Source of the DNA: the human T2T-CHM13v2.0 reference genome, Homo sapiens
Length of the DNA stretch: 64,000 nucleotides
Reading direction: 5' to 3' (one strand)
Assembly: GCF_009914755.1 (NCBI RefSeq)
Contig: NC_060930.1
The notes under the pieces were generated by a model, which saw only the letters and a program-made list of their open reading frames with translations, made no database searches and had not been told where the DNA came from. A program made the translations under genes and the position numbers. This document shows, piece after piece, positions 1 through 13,890 of the stretch (position 1 is its first letter; each line of letters begins with the position of its first letter).

Positions 1-698
1 ACATTTTAAAAGTGGTACAGAGTGTATTTTCATATAACCTCTAGCATCACACCTCAACTACTGCTGCCAGAATTTACAAGGTCTAGCTGGACTTTCTGAA
101 ATAGACTCGTGCCTTCTGATTAGATTCATGACTCGTTTGAGCCATGCTGGCAAATGCAATTAACAATCTATCCAGTAAAGCTTGCACACAGAATGCTTGC
201 AGGTTATACTATTAGGATCTGTCCATGAGTGGAAATCCAAACCAATCCCAAATACTGACGCACATCTTTGAATAATCAGGAATCAATATATTTAACCTGA
301 AACAAAAGGAAAAACTTTACTTGTTAAATCTCACACTCCTAGTTCATGTTAACAAAACTCTAAGGCTGGAAGGTTCAACAGGTCATTTTGCCCATATCTC
401 TGTCTCTAACAAGTTCTTCATCTAAACAGTACCAGCTGGTTGGTGATCTCATCTAGATTTGAAAGGATACAGAAAAGAGAATTTTTCAACGTACCTTGGC
501 AGTGTTCTTAAACTTTCTCTTTCATTCCCCACAAAATGTCTTTCTTTATGACCTTCCTATTCCCATTAAAACCTACTTCCTCCTTTTCTATTTTCATAGG
601 ATCTGGAGAACACTATCAAATAGGAAATATGTTTTCTTTTCACTTTCTCCCTACGGCAGAGTCTCAGAGTCTCAATCATTGCCATGTATAATGGCCTC

Positions 699-1050
699 CC
701 TTAGTCTATTCAGGCTTCTGTAACAAAATACCTTAGACCTGTTCTTATAAACCAGAGAAATTTATTGCTTATGGTTTTGGAGACTGAAAAGTCCAGGATC
801 AAAAAGTCAGCATATTCAGTGTCTAGTGAGAGCTCGTTCCTCATAGATGGCACCTGATATGTGTCTCACATGGAGGAAAGGGCAAAAAGGCTCCCTCAAA
901 TCTCCTTTATAAGGGCACTAATCCCATTCACAAGGGCTCTGCAATCATGACCTAATCACCTCCAAGGGCTCTACCTTTTAGCACTATCACCTTGGGGGTC
1001 AGGTTTTAACACATGGATTTTGGGGAGACACAAATATTCAGACCATAGCA
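699..1050 (-). mobile_element. MaLR solo LTR (MLT1A-like)
   Basis: Typical reverse-strand MLT1A text (ttagtc..taacaaaatacc..ttataagggcactaatcccattca..catgacctaatcacctcc..ttcagaccatagca); ~350 bp. Confidence 0.85.
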
Positions 1051-1676
1051 CGGCCAAACCAAAGAGGCAGTTCTTTCTGTTGCCTGCTTTGTGACTGAAA
1101 TCAACTTGGAATTATCTATTTTATATCTCAAATTAGGCCTCCTCCCACCACAAACACCTCAAGTTCAATACATAATAAAGTACTAAAGATAAACCCAGGC
1201 ATTAGTCATTTAAAATCATAAAATATATGCAATATTTTTCGGAACACAGGACATGACTAAATTCAAGTGAAAAAGTAACATGAGTAGTATCTGTTGTGGA
1301 GTGTGGGAGTCCTGATTTAAAAATAATACTTAAATGAGAAAATAAAATATATAATCATACAAAAAATAAAAGCATTCATAATCCCACTACAGAGACATAA
1401 CCACTACCACCTTCTATTTCTTCTAAGATTTTATATTTTTAACAACTTTATTTTTGCTAACTCAACTGCTAAGGGAAAGGCATTTAATTACACAAATATC
1501 TCCATTAGTTTTAATGGTTAAAATGATATGTTCCACTCGAATCCAAGATACTAAAGGATTTTTACAGACAGCAAAATATATCAAATGAATGATTAAATTT
1601 CTAGAAATAATAATAACTGTAAATTAAATAAATATAATTTGAACATTAAAATGTGATGAAAGGTTATTGTACTCAC

Positions 1677-1739
1677 CAAACAAAGAGAAGCCTTGATCAT
1701 GGGTGGGTGGTTGGAGATGAAGGGCAAAGGAACCATTTT
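1677..1739 (-). other. Candidate 63-nt exon
   Basis: cactaactctcactgccttctag| acceptor with branch point; TTG|gtgagt donor. Confidence 0.3.
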
Positions 1740-1987
1740 CTAGAAGGCAGTGAGAGTTAGTGATCAACTTTCTGACAGGTAACCTTATTTGGGCACCTGG
1801 TTGTCTTGCACTCAAAATGCATGTTTTGATGTAGACAAACACATCCCAAATTTTAATGGTTTAAAACAACAAACTATTATATTTTCAGAATTCTGTTGGT
1901 TAGATGGGCTAGTTTTTAAAAATCCTTGTCAGCTTGGCTGATGTCTCTTGTTAGCCAGTGACACAGCTGGAAGTGGCTGGTCTAGGA

Positions 1988-2153
1988 CAGTGGTAGGCAA
2001 ACTTTTTCTATAAAGTACCAGATGGTAAATACTTTAGGCTTTTCAGGCCATGTTTTCTCTGTCAGAACTACTCAACACTGCTGTTGTAGTGTGAAAGCAG
2101 CCATTGGCAATATGTAAACACATGGCTGTGACTGTGTGCCTTGCCTACCCCAG
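1988..2153 (+). mobile_element. MER58A-like hAT-Charlie MITE, internally deleted
   Basis: cagtggtaggcaaactttttct...ttgcctaccccag termini; 8-bp TSD gtctagga (1980-1987) / gtctagaa (2154-2161). Confidence 0.85.
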
Positions 2154-2208
2154 GTCTAGAATGGCCCCACTTATGTATTTGGCAATTGGCAGTCTGGTTG
2201 GTCTAGAG

Positions 2209-2421
2209 AAGTGGTTCTCAGAGGGCTCTATGACTTCATGCTCAGACATGAACATGTATTAAGATTACCTAGAGAGCTCCTTAAAACATAGATTATTGGG
2301 CATTACATCCAAAGCTTTCCATTCAGTAGGATTGGGGTGAGGCTGGAGAATTTGCATTTGTAGCAAGTTTACAAGGGATACTGCTGCTGTTAATCTGGGG
2401 ATCACATTTTGAGAACCACTT
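2209..2421. mobile_element. MER5-like hAT-Charlie MITE
   Basis: Perfect 12-bp TIRs aagtggttctca / tgagaaccactt; perfect 8-bp TSD gtctagag (2201-2208, 2422-2429); internal gaatttgcatt..caagttt motif. Confidence 0.9.
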
Positions 2422-4257
2422 GTCTAGAGCACCTCTGCTAGGATTGTTTATCGCTGCTCCATGTGTCTCTCTTCCTCCAGGAGGCTGGCCTGGGCTTCCT
2501 CACTCTGGTGGTGTCAGGGTTCCAAAGCAGTAAGAAAGGCAAGCCCCAATGCACAGGTGCTTTTCAAGCCTCTGATTACATTAAATTTGCTATTTTCCCA
2601 TTGGCCAAAGTAAGTCATACAGTCAGGCTCTGCTGAAGTGGAAGGAGACCACCCAAAGGTGTAGATAAAGGAAAGTTTGAAGAAACTGGGCACCATTACT
2701 GCAACAATCTACCTATGGCACACGCGTGTGCATACATGCACACACACACAAGTTATAACACAAACACATCTTTAGAACAAGATAGATGCTATACAGCAGG
2801 AGGCTTTGAAACACATGGAAATAGCTCACACATACAGTGGTTGAGAGAACCATAGAAAATACTACCTTTTTATCCCACTCATCTTATGTATGTTTGCAAA
2901 GAAAAATACTTTGGGTTCATCCACACAGGGCAATTCAAATTTATTCCATATGATACTCTTATTAGAAACTGCTGTTATCAAGTAAGTTGGTGAATGGATC
3001 TTTGCCTGAAACATAATGTGAATACGTGACTTATATCATAATGATTAAGTGAGTTTTGGGGAAAAATAGTTATAACGAGGAAAAAAATTGAATGAAAAGG
3101 GGAAAATGATACAACCTTTCAAAAGTTGCTTTAGTGAAAGGCTAACCAGCAGTTATTATGCAAGATAAACCTGTGTATGTAAAATACTCTCATAATTTCT
3201 AATAAAGAAAAATGGAAAAAAATAAGTTTTATATCAGTCAAACTCACAAAATGCATGTTATAAAGATGACGAATGAAATTAACGGTCCTGAAGGACCTTC
3301 CCAGTGGGGCCCAGAATGGGAACATGGAATATAACCCTGAGGTGCCCAGAGAGTGTTATGAAAAGTCAGTATACAACTCACCCCTCCCAGTTGAACTTTG
3401 TAGATTTCACAACTCCATAGATTTGTGATATCATGACTCTGATTTATAAAAGCTATCACATAATAGCATTAGTTTTCAGAAATCTGTCTCTAAATGAAAG
3501 ACTAAAAATAAAATGAATGATGCCAAAACCAAATGGCTTACAAAATGCCTAGCACTGTGTTTTATGAGACATAGAAGTATTTATACATTTCAGCATAAGC
3601 TGAAGCACACCGAACTTTTTTGCACTTGAGTTTATTTTATTGGGGATTAGAAAAATTGGTTTTGTTTATGTGACAGTGTGGCTTCAAAATTGATGACAGA
3701 TTCTATGAGGAGTATTCTCTCCTAAACTAAGCACAGAATTAAAATACAAATTGAAAAGTAAAATATGTTACCTATATAGAAATTCTAAAAGAACTGCCAT
3801 ATAAACTGGCATGCCAGTATTTATGCCTCTGAGCACCTGGTGAAATTCAAAATAGAAAAAATGTGAATCCTAATCTCAAGGGGCTTACATCACAGGTGAG
3901 AGCCAGATAGGCAAATATCACATAGGCCAATAAACAAAATATTTCAGAGACCAGAAAAACAACAGGTTGGAAGATGAGAGGGTGACCCAAAAAGCTCCCC
4001 AGTTTCCCCCTGGGTACAGAAGTGGAGATAATCCCATTAACTGCGTGTAGTTACTGTGGTGGGTCTTATTAAGGTTATTATTCCTGAAGATGCCTGTTGG
4101 TTTCATGGAAAATAAAGAAATAATATGATGTCATTCCTGAACCATAAGCACTGAATTGACCGTTCTCTTTCCCCATAACTGCCATCTGCAAATTCTCTCA
4201 CTGAAAAGTTTGGCTGCCATCTTTCATCCTTTCTGTTTCATAAGCAGCACAAACTCC

Positions 4258-4434
4258 TGTTATGTACTGAATGTTAGTACTCTCCTTCCAAAATCTGTAT
4301 GTTGAAGCACTAACCCACAATGTGATGGTATTCAAAAGTGGGGGCTTTGGGAGGTAATTGAGTTTAGATGAGGTCATGAGGGTGGGGACCCCATAATGAG
4401 ATTAGTGCTCTTGTAGAAAGACCAGAGTGCTCTT

Positions 4435-4478
<44 letters not shown>

Positions 4479-4691
4479 CCTCTCTCTTCTCTCTCTCTCT
4501 CTCTCCCTCCCTCTCTCTTCTCTATGTGAGGACACGGCTAGAAGATGGTTATTTGCAAGCCAGGAAGATAGTTTCACCAGGGAACCAAATTGGCTAACAC
4601 CTTGATCTTGGTCTTTCCAGGACCCAGAACTGTGATAAATAAATTTCTGTGGTTTATACCGTATTTTGTTATTGCAGCCTGACCCAAGACA
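4258..4691 (+). mobile_element. MaLR solo LTR (MLT1A/MLT1A0-like) with internal (TC)n expansion
   Basis: tgttatg...gatgaggtcatgagggtgggg...aataaatttctg...aagaca; (TC)n at ~4430-4522. Confidence 0.85.
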
Positions 4692-5657
4692 ATTCCAGAC
4701 CCTTCGGAGGTTTCCAGAGAGACTATCAAAAAGAGATTCCCAGCCAAGTTGCTTTGAATTAAGCTTCTGAGTCAATGGCCAGAGAACAGCATTGGTTGAC
4801 CTGTTTTCCCTCACCTTACCAAGTAACATATATTACCTCATCCCAGCATCACTACTGTCACCCTACATCGTCTCCTGGCTACTTCCTCCCCATAATACCT
4901 AAGGCCATCATACATGACTCATTGTGGTCCAGCTTGTCAACAAATTATATTTAACAACAGGAGCACTGACCTTCTTCTCTTTTGAAAAAATACTGAAATG
5001 CATGTTGGTGAAAAGGGTGTTACTTTGCGAAACTTCCCAGATAAGACATGCTTTCTCTCAAAAATGGATTATGGTATAAGATTTAAAACAAAATGGTATT
5101 TCCTAATAGTCATAAATAAAAAGTATTATGTCCTAATCCTTCGTTTTGATGTGCTGTGACCTTTCAGTACCTGCCTTCCATGCGTTATTCTTGCAAAGTA
5201 TTTATTAACAGAGGGGTATTTGGCATAGAAGGATGAATTAGGAGATGGAGCTCTGCAGTGGGAATTTATGGGAGATTGGATCTTGCAGCTTGTTTTTTCA
5301 CCAAGTTTAGAGACTTGTTAACTGCTTTCGGTGCCTCCAGGGTGACATCAATTAATTGAACTCTGGCCTTGCAGAAGTTGATTGATATGCAGGTGATTGA
5401 AGCAGTGGCTGTGTCTCAATATTAATTACCCCGCTCCTCCAAAGAAATGTAGTGGTGAGAGAAATGGAGAGCCTGCTCTTTCATAGATCATGTGTTACCT
5501 ACTCATCACTTGGGAGGTGGCATTTGTCAATAACGAAATGGAAAAAGTTGTTGGAAGAAAGACATTTTAATGCTTAAGCACTGTTAGAAGACATCATTAA
5601 AACCTTTCCCCACCAAGACATTGTTTTATATAGGACAATGTTTCTCTTGGGGTTTAG

Positions 5658-6121
<464 letters not shown>

Positions 6122-6919
6122 TATTTTCTTAAATATTCCTCCCAACAATCCCATTTAGCAGACAAGAAAACTGATGTTCAGAAAGTTTCTTTTGGTCTCA
6201 GAGCTAGGAAGGGCAGAGCTGTGATTCAAACTTACTTCTTCCTCAGTTCAAAGTCACTGGGAAATTCTTGAAAGTTTATGTTATTGCTCTACCACCTTAC
6301 CTTTAAAATATGTATGGAAAGGGGTAAGTGGAAGGGTAGAAGATGAGATGTGGGCAACATATATTAATTTTCATAACAAGATTTCCCCAAAGGTAAATTT
6401 TATAAAATATAGAGAAAGAAGCTCAAATGTGGGTCTGTGAGTGTATATATACAGTTCTCACACTTTTAAAATGCAAAACCACTAAAGATAAGGAAAAAGT
6501 TAATCTGGGGGAAATAGTCATTTATTGTTTTTGACCCACTCTATGGGATATACACAGCTATATTATGATCCAAGCATGGAGAGGAGGAGGTGCTGCTAAG
6601 AAGAAAAGAGAATACTGCACTTGTTTCTTTATTTATAGGAGAAATTTTGAATTTATGATTTCAAGATTGCAAAAGTGCTGTTTTTTATTTTTAAAAAATT
6701 TACATCGTTTGAGATCTTAGCTCACGTTTTTTTCCCATGCCAAATAGCTTCTGCCCTTTAGGGGTGACACAAACACACATTTCTTTTTTTGGGAGTGACC
6801 CACATGGGTGAATGATCCTTCGGCAGAGGACAGTAGTAGTGCATTTCTTTTAAGGAAGTTGACTCCTCTAAGGAGCATTAAGAAAGTGGTGTGTAGTGGG
6901 GAGGGTGGGGCTGCCAGCA

Positions 6920-7095
6920 CACAGTGACTTGCGTGGGAGTCAAATAAGCCATTCAATCTCTCCATGCCGGACTCCTCTTATTTATAAAAGGGAGATAATA
7001 ATTAAGGATTATCGTGATGATTAAATAAAATATTATCTATAAAGCATTTAAACCAGTGCCTGGCCCTCAATAAAGGCTGGCTATTATTAATATTG
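6920..7095 (+). mobile_element. MIR fragment
   Basis: MIR core and 3' end (ataaaagggagataata..gattaaat..aaagcattt..cagtgcctggc..ctattatta). Confidence 0.65.
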
Positions 7096-8199
7096 ATAAA
7101 GAATTCAAGGCATACCTATTTTTCCCTTCCAATTTTTCCCTTTTTTTCCCCCAAAGTTGTTTTACCTTTCTACTCTTTAATTATCACCCACCATGTCCGC
7201 ATTCACCCTCATTTCCTGGATAGATGTATTTGACTATTATGATTTTTTCTATTTAGTCTTGGTCTCAGATTAAGAACAAATATTAATAACCACCACATCA
7301 TATAATGTAGAGTGTCACAATCTTTTTTTTAAGTCAAAGCCAATATATTTTTTTGACAAGCACATTACATTCCTCCTCTAAAACTGAATCATTTTATGGA
7401 TTTGAGATATTAAACTAGCATTGTTTAAGATGCATTATCAACTGACACCTTTTACAACACCCTTATCTGCTTGTCCCTTGGTGCTGCTCCATATTCCAGC
7501 TTCTGGCAGGACTCTGAAGGAGATGATACTGTGAGGCACACAGCCTTACCCAGGTGATGGATGGGTAGGTGGTGGGTAACTTAAAGTGGGGTTTACTTTT
7601 CCAAGTTTGTAGTGTTCAGAGTAGACATGTGTTAAGTCATTTGTCAGAAATGTGGAACACAGTGACAGAAATAACCAGATGCCCTGTAACAAGAAGCCAC
7701 AGGGCAAACTTAGAAAAATGAAATAACAATACATTTCTCTCCTTGTGTAATAAAATACTGCTTATAACTTGAAGTTTTACCTCCATTTGTATATGATGTA
7801 TTACTTTCCAAAAACACTTAAAGAATCCTAGGAAAAAAAATCCCGTAACATCCTTAATGTTCACAAAAGACCTTAGCACTATTCAGGGCATTTTGTAGGG
7901 CATTTATAAAGGAAAGGAGAAATGATTGATTAGGTAAACCTAATAATATATATTTGAAGAAGAATAGTTTCTAGTAGCCCTGATAACAAATAATGTTTCC
8001 TTGCCTATGGTATTGTCTGGTGAATTTTTGTTGGAATTATTTTTTCAAGCCATAACTTTAGGTTAACAATTACTGTTGGGCAATGAGAAGAGTAACCTGA
8101 GGAATCCAACCTGATGAAATCATAACATACAAGGGAGAATATAAAATTGAACTATAATCAAAGTGAAAAAACAACTCTTCTCTTAAAAATGACTAATTT

Positions 8200-8369
8200 T
8201 TGAGAGGAGGGTGGGAGGAGAGTAAGGATTAAAAAAAAGTACCTATTTGGTATTATGCTGATTGCCTGGATGATGAAATAATCTGCACACCAAATCCCCG
8301 ATGACATGCAATTTACCTATATAACAAACCTGCCCATGTACTCCTGAAACTAAATAAAAGTTTAAAAAA
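8200..8369 (+). mobile_element. L1 3' end fragment (old L1PA/L1PB)
   Basis: gatgaaataatctgcacaccaaatcccc..tttacctatataacaaacctgc..aataaaag then A tail. Confidence 0.8.
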
Positions 8370-8589
8370 TAATCCACATTTCATTTCATCCTGTGTTGGG
8401 AATAAAACTCCTCTCCCTAATCTTCCCACTGTAAACTTTGTGACTTCAAAGCCAGTCTTCCCATAGCCTTGAGTTTTTACTGGAATCCCCACCCCTTGCT
8501 TGCCTTCCTATTAGCTATTATTTGATTGCTTATTCATTCAGCAAACCATTCCTATCCTCCCGTTTATCAGCACTTACTCCTGAAAGAAC

Positions 8590-8800
8590 ATGGAACAGCA
8601 GTTCAAATTCTGTCTCTACCCTGATGTTGGGATAGTCGTCAATGACTCAAAGGCTAAAGCTTCTGTTTCCTCAATAGTTAAATGAGGATAAAAATAGTTA
8701 CTATGGGAATATTAGGAGAATTAAATGCAATCAGGCACTTGATACAATGTCTGGCACAAAATATGTTTTTCAGTAAGCGTTAGCTACCAGTATTATTACT
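8590..8800 (+). mobile_element. MIR fragment
   Basis: ttcaaattctgtctctacc..ctgtttcctca..tagcta..tattatta. Confidence 0.6.
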
Positions 8801-9074
8801 GTGTGCTATATTCTGTCCTTAAGTTGGTTAAGTTCATTCCCAATTCTTTTATGAAGGCTTTCCATCACTGCAGCACTCTAGATCTTCTCCTCAAAATCCC
8901 AAGCATAGGAATTGCCACCCAGCTTTAATCACATGATAGCAACAATGATGATGAAACAAAGATCTAATTACATATTGTCTTGTGTTTCAGAATTATCTTC
9001 TCAAATAGCAGAGAAGGTTCTTCAGGTCAAAAGCTCATTTTCATTACTTGTTCATCTTTAATTTAAAACACATT

Positions 9075-9381
9075 GGCCAGGCACGGTGGCTCACGTCTGT
9101 AATCCCAGAACTTTGGGAGGCCGAGGCAGGCGAATCATGAGATTAGGAGTTCGAGACCAGTCTGGTCAACATGGTGAAACCCCGTCTCTACTAAAAACAC
9201 AAAAAATTAGCTGGGCGTAGTGGCGGATGCCTGTAATCACAGCTACTCAGGAGGGTGAGGCAGGAGAATCACTTGAACCCAGGAGGCGGAGGTTGCAGTG
9301 ACCCGAGATCGTACCACTGCACTCCAGCCCTGGCGACAGAGGGAGACGCCATCTCAAAGAACAAAACAAAACAAAACAAAA
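9075..9381 (+). mobile_element. AluS SINE (Sg-like)
   Basis: Full dimer, (CAAAA)n tail, TSD aaaacacatt / aaaaccacatt. Confidence 0.95.
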
Positions 9382-9389
9382 CCACATTA

Positions 9390-9760
9390 TCTGCACATTA
9401 ATATGCTCCTGGAACTATAGAAAGTGATATACCAAGGATACAAAGATGACTGAGCCAACATATCCACCTTGGGAGCACTCAGTTTAGTAATGACAGAGGA
9501 CAAGTACTCAAAGATCAACAGGATAAAGCAGTGTAGGGAGACACAGGGCAGTTTACGTGATCCAAAGAGAAAGGAGTCAATTCTGGGATGCCTAAGGAAA
9601 GCTTGAAGGAGAAGACTTTCCTCTTTCTATTTAAACTGAGTGTGGTAGGACAGGCAAAGAAGGTTGGAAGATCTGACAAGGAGTAGAGGGTAGAGAAAAT
9701 CTCCAGGCAGCCAGGGACAACAGGACAACACAGTGTGGGCTTGGGGAAGACAGGGCTCTC
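9390..9760 (-). mobile_element. L2 fragment
   Basis: Degenerate reverse-strand L2 3' pattern (gatacaaagatga..ggagcactcagtttagt..aaggaaagctt). Confidence 0.5.
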
Positions 9761-10194
9761 TCATTTGCCTGGAGCCATCCAGAGCAAAGCAGTGAGAGAG
9801 GGGATGGGAAGAAAGACTAGGGTTTGAGTTGGCCAAACACACCTGCAGGCCTCATTTAAAGCCCAAATGAGGCCCAAAAGAGACCTCTGGAAAAAGATCT
9901 GTAGAGGTATTTCTGTGTCTGACATTTTTATTCTAAGTAGTACAGCAAAACTGCATTTGACAAAGTTACAAAGTGCTATATTTGTCCCAGTGTTTCCATA
10001 TATCTTCTCTGTGTCTTTCATCAGGACACTGTAACACGGTTCCACCCCTCCCCATTAAAAGCTACTTCCTCAAATTTGTCATTCACATTACAGTCTAAAT
10101 TAACTCCACAAAGTCCAAGAATTCTCAATTTGAACCTGGCCTTTTATGTCATCATGAAGATATACTTGTCAAGGTAGAAGGAGAAAATATATTA

Positions 10195-10290
10195 TGTATT
10201 TGTTTATTAGCTTTATACATTTTAAATATTTAAGCATATGGTATATGGGCCTCCATTGGTAGTTTTACGAAAACCTTAGAAATATCAGGG
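10195..10290. mobile_element. hAT MITE fragment (MER53-like)
   Basis: tttaaatatttaagcatatggtatatgggcctccatt resembles my recall of MER53. Confidence 0.45.
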
Positions 10291-10588
10291 GCAATTATCC
10301 TTAGCAAATTAATGCATGAACAGAAAACCAAATACCACATGTTCTTACTTATAAGTGGGAGCTAAACGATGAGAACACATGGACACATAGAGGGGAACAA
10401 CACACACTGGTGCTTAGTGGAGAAGGGAGGGTGGGATGAGGGAAAGAATCAGGAAAAATAACTTATGGGGACTAGGCTTAATACCTGGATGATGAAATAA
10501 TCTATCCAACAAACCTCCATGGCACACATTTACCTATGTAACAAACCTGCTCATGTACCCTTGAACTTAAAATAAATATTAAAAAAAA
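10291..10588 (+). mobile_element. 5'-truncated L1PA (L1PA13-15-like) 3' end
   Basis: ORF2 end and 3'UTR: ataagtgggagctaa..ggacacatagaggggaacaacacacactgg..aacttaaaataaa + A tail. Confidence 0.9.
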
Positions 10589-11906
10589 TGTTAGAGTGGG
10601 TTTACCATGCTAGAAAGGTTTGCAAGTACTGATTCTGGGACAAAAGGTGCCTTCCTTTTGCCTCAGTCTGATGTTCTTGGCTTGCTTCTCACAGGCCTGC
10701 TGCTGTGTTTCAGTAGCCAGAGCATACTACAGATTCACAGTCCCTTTTGGTTGGAGCAGAAATTAGTGCTCATTCTTAGCTCTATCAACATAATATACAC
10801 TGAGACCTCAACAACCTCAAACTTGGTTGTAATTGACATAGCCAAGCTGTGATGCCATTGAGCATCACAGCCATGGTGGGTTTCTAGCAAATGTTGGCAT
10901 TGCTGATGCCTGTCATGGGTGGAAAGAGAAGAAGTTTCTGTGAGCCTTTTATCTACATATTTGCTGTTCTCAATATGTCTTGCACATACCTTTACTTTTA
11001 TAGGAAAAGAATTATGTTGAAGCCATGAGTTTTATTGTACCCAATAAATGAAGTTTCTGGGATATCTCCCGGACAGCTACAAGGTGAAGTATAAGAATGC
11101 CAGTTCTTGGAAAATACACGAATGAGTTTGGCAGCTTACTGTCTGAAAGATGGCCTCAAAATAAAGAAATCACTGCCTCTCCCTCCTCACTATAAGACAG
11201 CCAAATTCATGAGGGAAATAAAAAACGAAAGCATAGCTCCACTATAGGGCAGGAAATGAAGAATAGCTTTATAACAGAAATGATGTGGGGAATTCTTTAT
11301 GTTGGCAGCATGCAATTCCCAAAATAGATGCTGGCCAGAACCAGTTTAACTATTTGGAAATAAATATGTGGTTTTTTAACTCACTTAGTATGGCCAGTGA
11401 AGACTTTCCAAGCCTTCAGGAAACAAATGCCAAAGAGGTCCTCTTGAGATTGTGGGGTCTGTTCATCTTGTTATTATCTAGAGACAATGGAATTGACACC
11501 AATTTGCAGAAGTCTAGTTGAAAAATGTCTTCTTTCAAATTATTGAAATAATAAAAAGCAGGTCTTTACAGGTAAGTGTTTTACTTGAACAATTTGATTA
11601 TCTCAATTGTGTTGAATTCTTTGGTTTAACATTCCAGATATCTGTATGAACTTGATACATTTAATCTACTCCCTTTTCATACTTTATGACAGTCCTTTTC
11701 TTAATATTTACACTATCAACGTTAACCTAGAAGCTTATACATGAAGCAGAGAACCTATGGTAGTGATCAATCTCTTTCTTTACATTTCAATCTTTAAGTG
11801 AACCAAGTTGATTTAAAAAGTAACATGCTGTCACTTTCTCTCAAAACAAGGCACACACTGAGTAACACAGAAAGTTCAAGAATTTAATTTAATTTGTAAA
11901 GTTTTA

Positions 11907-11933
11907 TACACACACACACACACACACACACAC
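11907..11933. repeat. (CA)n microsatellite
   Basis: Direct observation. Confidence 0.95.
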
Positions 11934-13673
11934 CTTTCTGGATTCTCTTGTGTCTTTGAGAGTGCATTTGTGAGACCAGAGATCGTGTCCCAGCAGTTTA
12001 CGGACAAGCTAGTTGCCCGAGAGGTATCTAATATGTGACCTGATTTCACAGACACCTTGCTAGAACCACAGGCTTCACTCACCGCTTACTATTGAAATCA
12101 AGAGGTTTATTCATTTATTACAAAGTGAGTTCTGGTGAAGACTAGAAACTTTAGACCTAATGAATATTTCTAATGTGATTATCAAAGCTCCCTAACCTAG
12201 GAGAAAATGAGCTCAGTGATTCAGAGAACAGGAGGGCACTAAATATTAAAAGTTAGAACTGTGTTGAACATTCACCCTGAAAATGGTTTTGTAAGAAGAA
12301 AACTTTAAAAAGCAAGATAACATGTCAAATTATACAAGGTCAAAATGGTGGTGTAAGTTGCCCATTATTCTGGGCTTTGCCAAAGATACAACATTCTTAT
12401 AATTTTTTAAAGAGGCTTAAATTCAATTTTTTTAGAATCTGTAAATAATATTGCTAGCAAATGAAAACAATATAAGGTTTCCATGCATATCTTTTTAATT
12501 GCAAGAACCAAAAGTATGAACCTTGAGCTTGACTTTTAAGGATAATATTACTACTGATATGCCAGCATTTGCCAGCTAATTTGGAAGCCTGGGAACAAAT
12601 CACTGATTGATTTTTGGTGAAATGTTCACTCCCCAACCTGTCAACAAACTTCTCATGAGATAGTGCCCTTTTACTTTCAGCCCAGGTTTGTCACGGCATG
12701 GAACATCTTGCATGGCCCAGAGAGTTTCAAGGAATCCCGGGAACTGTGAGTGTCAGGTATGTTTATGTATGATGCTGAGCATAAGAGCTTTCGGTTTAGT
12801 CTCTTGTGCAGAGATAATAGTTTGCGTTAGATTGATGATATGCAGACTGAGAAGTGTATCTTGTGCAACAACTCTGAGGAGTGCTGAAAGATAAAAATCC
12901 CATTTGCTGCATTTTATATTGGTAGTCTCTGATGTGGACAACACAGGCCTGGATAGTCCTTCTAAATCACAGATATAATGAGGGCCAGATAGCAGCTCAC
13001 TTAACTGTTGAATGAAGTAAGTGTTTCTTTACTTGAGATTGAAGGATGGCATATTTGTTATCTAAAACCTTATGCTATCAGGTTAAAAGAAGTCTTTCCT
13101 TTATATCTCTGAATGTAGAATAGATAGCTGCATAGTTATATGAACATTCCAGGTGTTACATAGCAAGGTTTTAAGGGAAGTTTTATTTATTCACTTTTAT
13201 TTAATTTTTACAGTGAACTCCCTGGAGGCCCTTTAGTACTAAAGATGAGCTGCTTTCCAATTTCTTCCTCTCTCTGTTTTGCCACCAGTCCTCTGGGCAA
13301 AGAACAAAGGCAACCCCTTGGTAGCTAATCAACATAATTCTTTAACTGGAGACTGGGTTCTCAAATGGAAAAGCAATATAATTCCAGGAAGCAAGAACAA
13401 ATCCAGACCCAGTAATCCTGCCTGAGTGGAACATAAGCCTCATGAGTAAAAACACCTTTGCTTCTAACATTTCATTAATCCCAGTTTTATAGGCAGCAGT
13501 TTATTTTATGTCTAATAGAGCTATTTCCCAGTGTTTTATAATAAGATGCATTTCAGTATCTACAAGACGAATGGTAATTCTAGTTTTATAAGTGGAGGAA
13601 CAGGAGCATGGAGGGATTATGAGGACCTTGGTGTTAGTGTCACCAGCAGAGTTGTTTCCTATTTGTGCCATAA

Positions 13674-13890
13674 ACACACACACACACACACACACACACG
13701 CAGTCACACACATAGATAAACATATAGGCACTTTTATGCCCCTGTACACATGTACATTCATACACACACATGCACACTCTCACAGGCACACATCACATAT
13801 ACACATTCTCACACATACACTTTTAGGTACAAATGCATACATCCACACTCACACACATATATGCACTTGCACACATATACACACTCACAA
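13674..13890. repeat. (CA)n and CA-rich low-complexity tract
   Basis: Direct observation. Confidence 0.9.

Larger units (their letters stand above)
1835..2715 (-). mobile_element. Old MaLR LTR (MLT1G/H-like), interrupted by two hAT MITEs
   Basis: cccaaattttaatggtttaaaacaac start; cccattggccaaagtaagtcata..caatctacc end; boundaries approximate. Confidence 0.6.

Noticed and set aside
699-4691. Two MLT1A LTRs as the ends of one provirus
   Set aside because: They are in opposite orientation and the sequence between them is not MaLR internal region
4374-4829. 151-aa ORF with an ER repeat
   Set aside because: Translation of the (TC)n tract within an MLT1A LTR
11389-11576. Plus-strand exon ending at CAG|gtaagt (11570/11571)
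   Set aside because: Perfect donor but weak acceptor, no recognisable product and no partner exons; could be chance or an isolated non-coding exon
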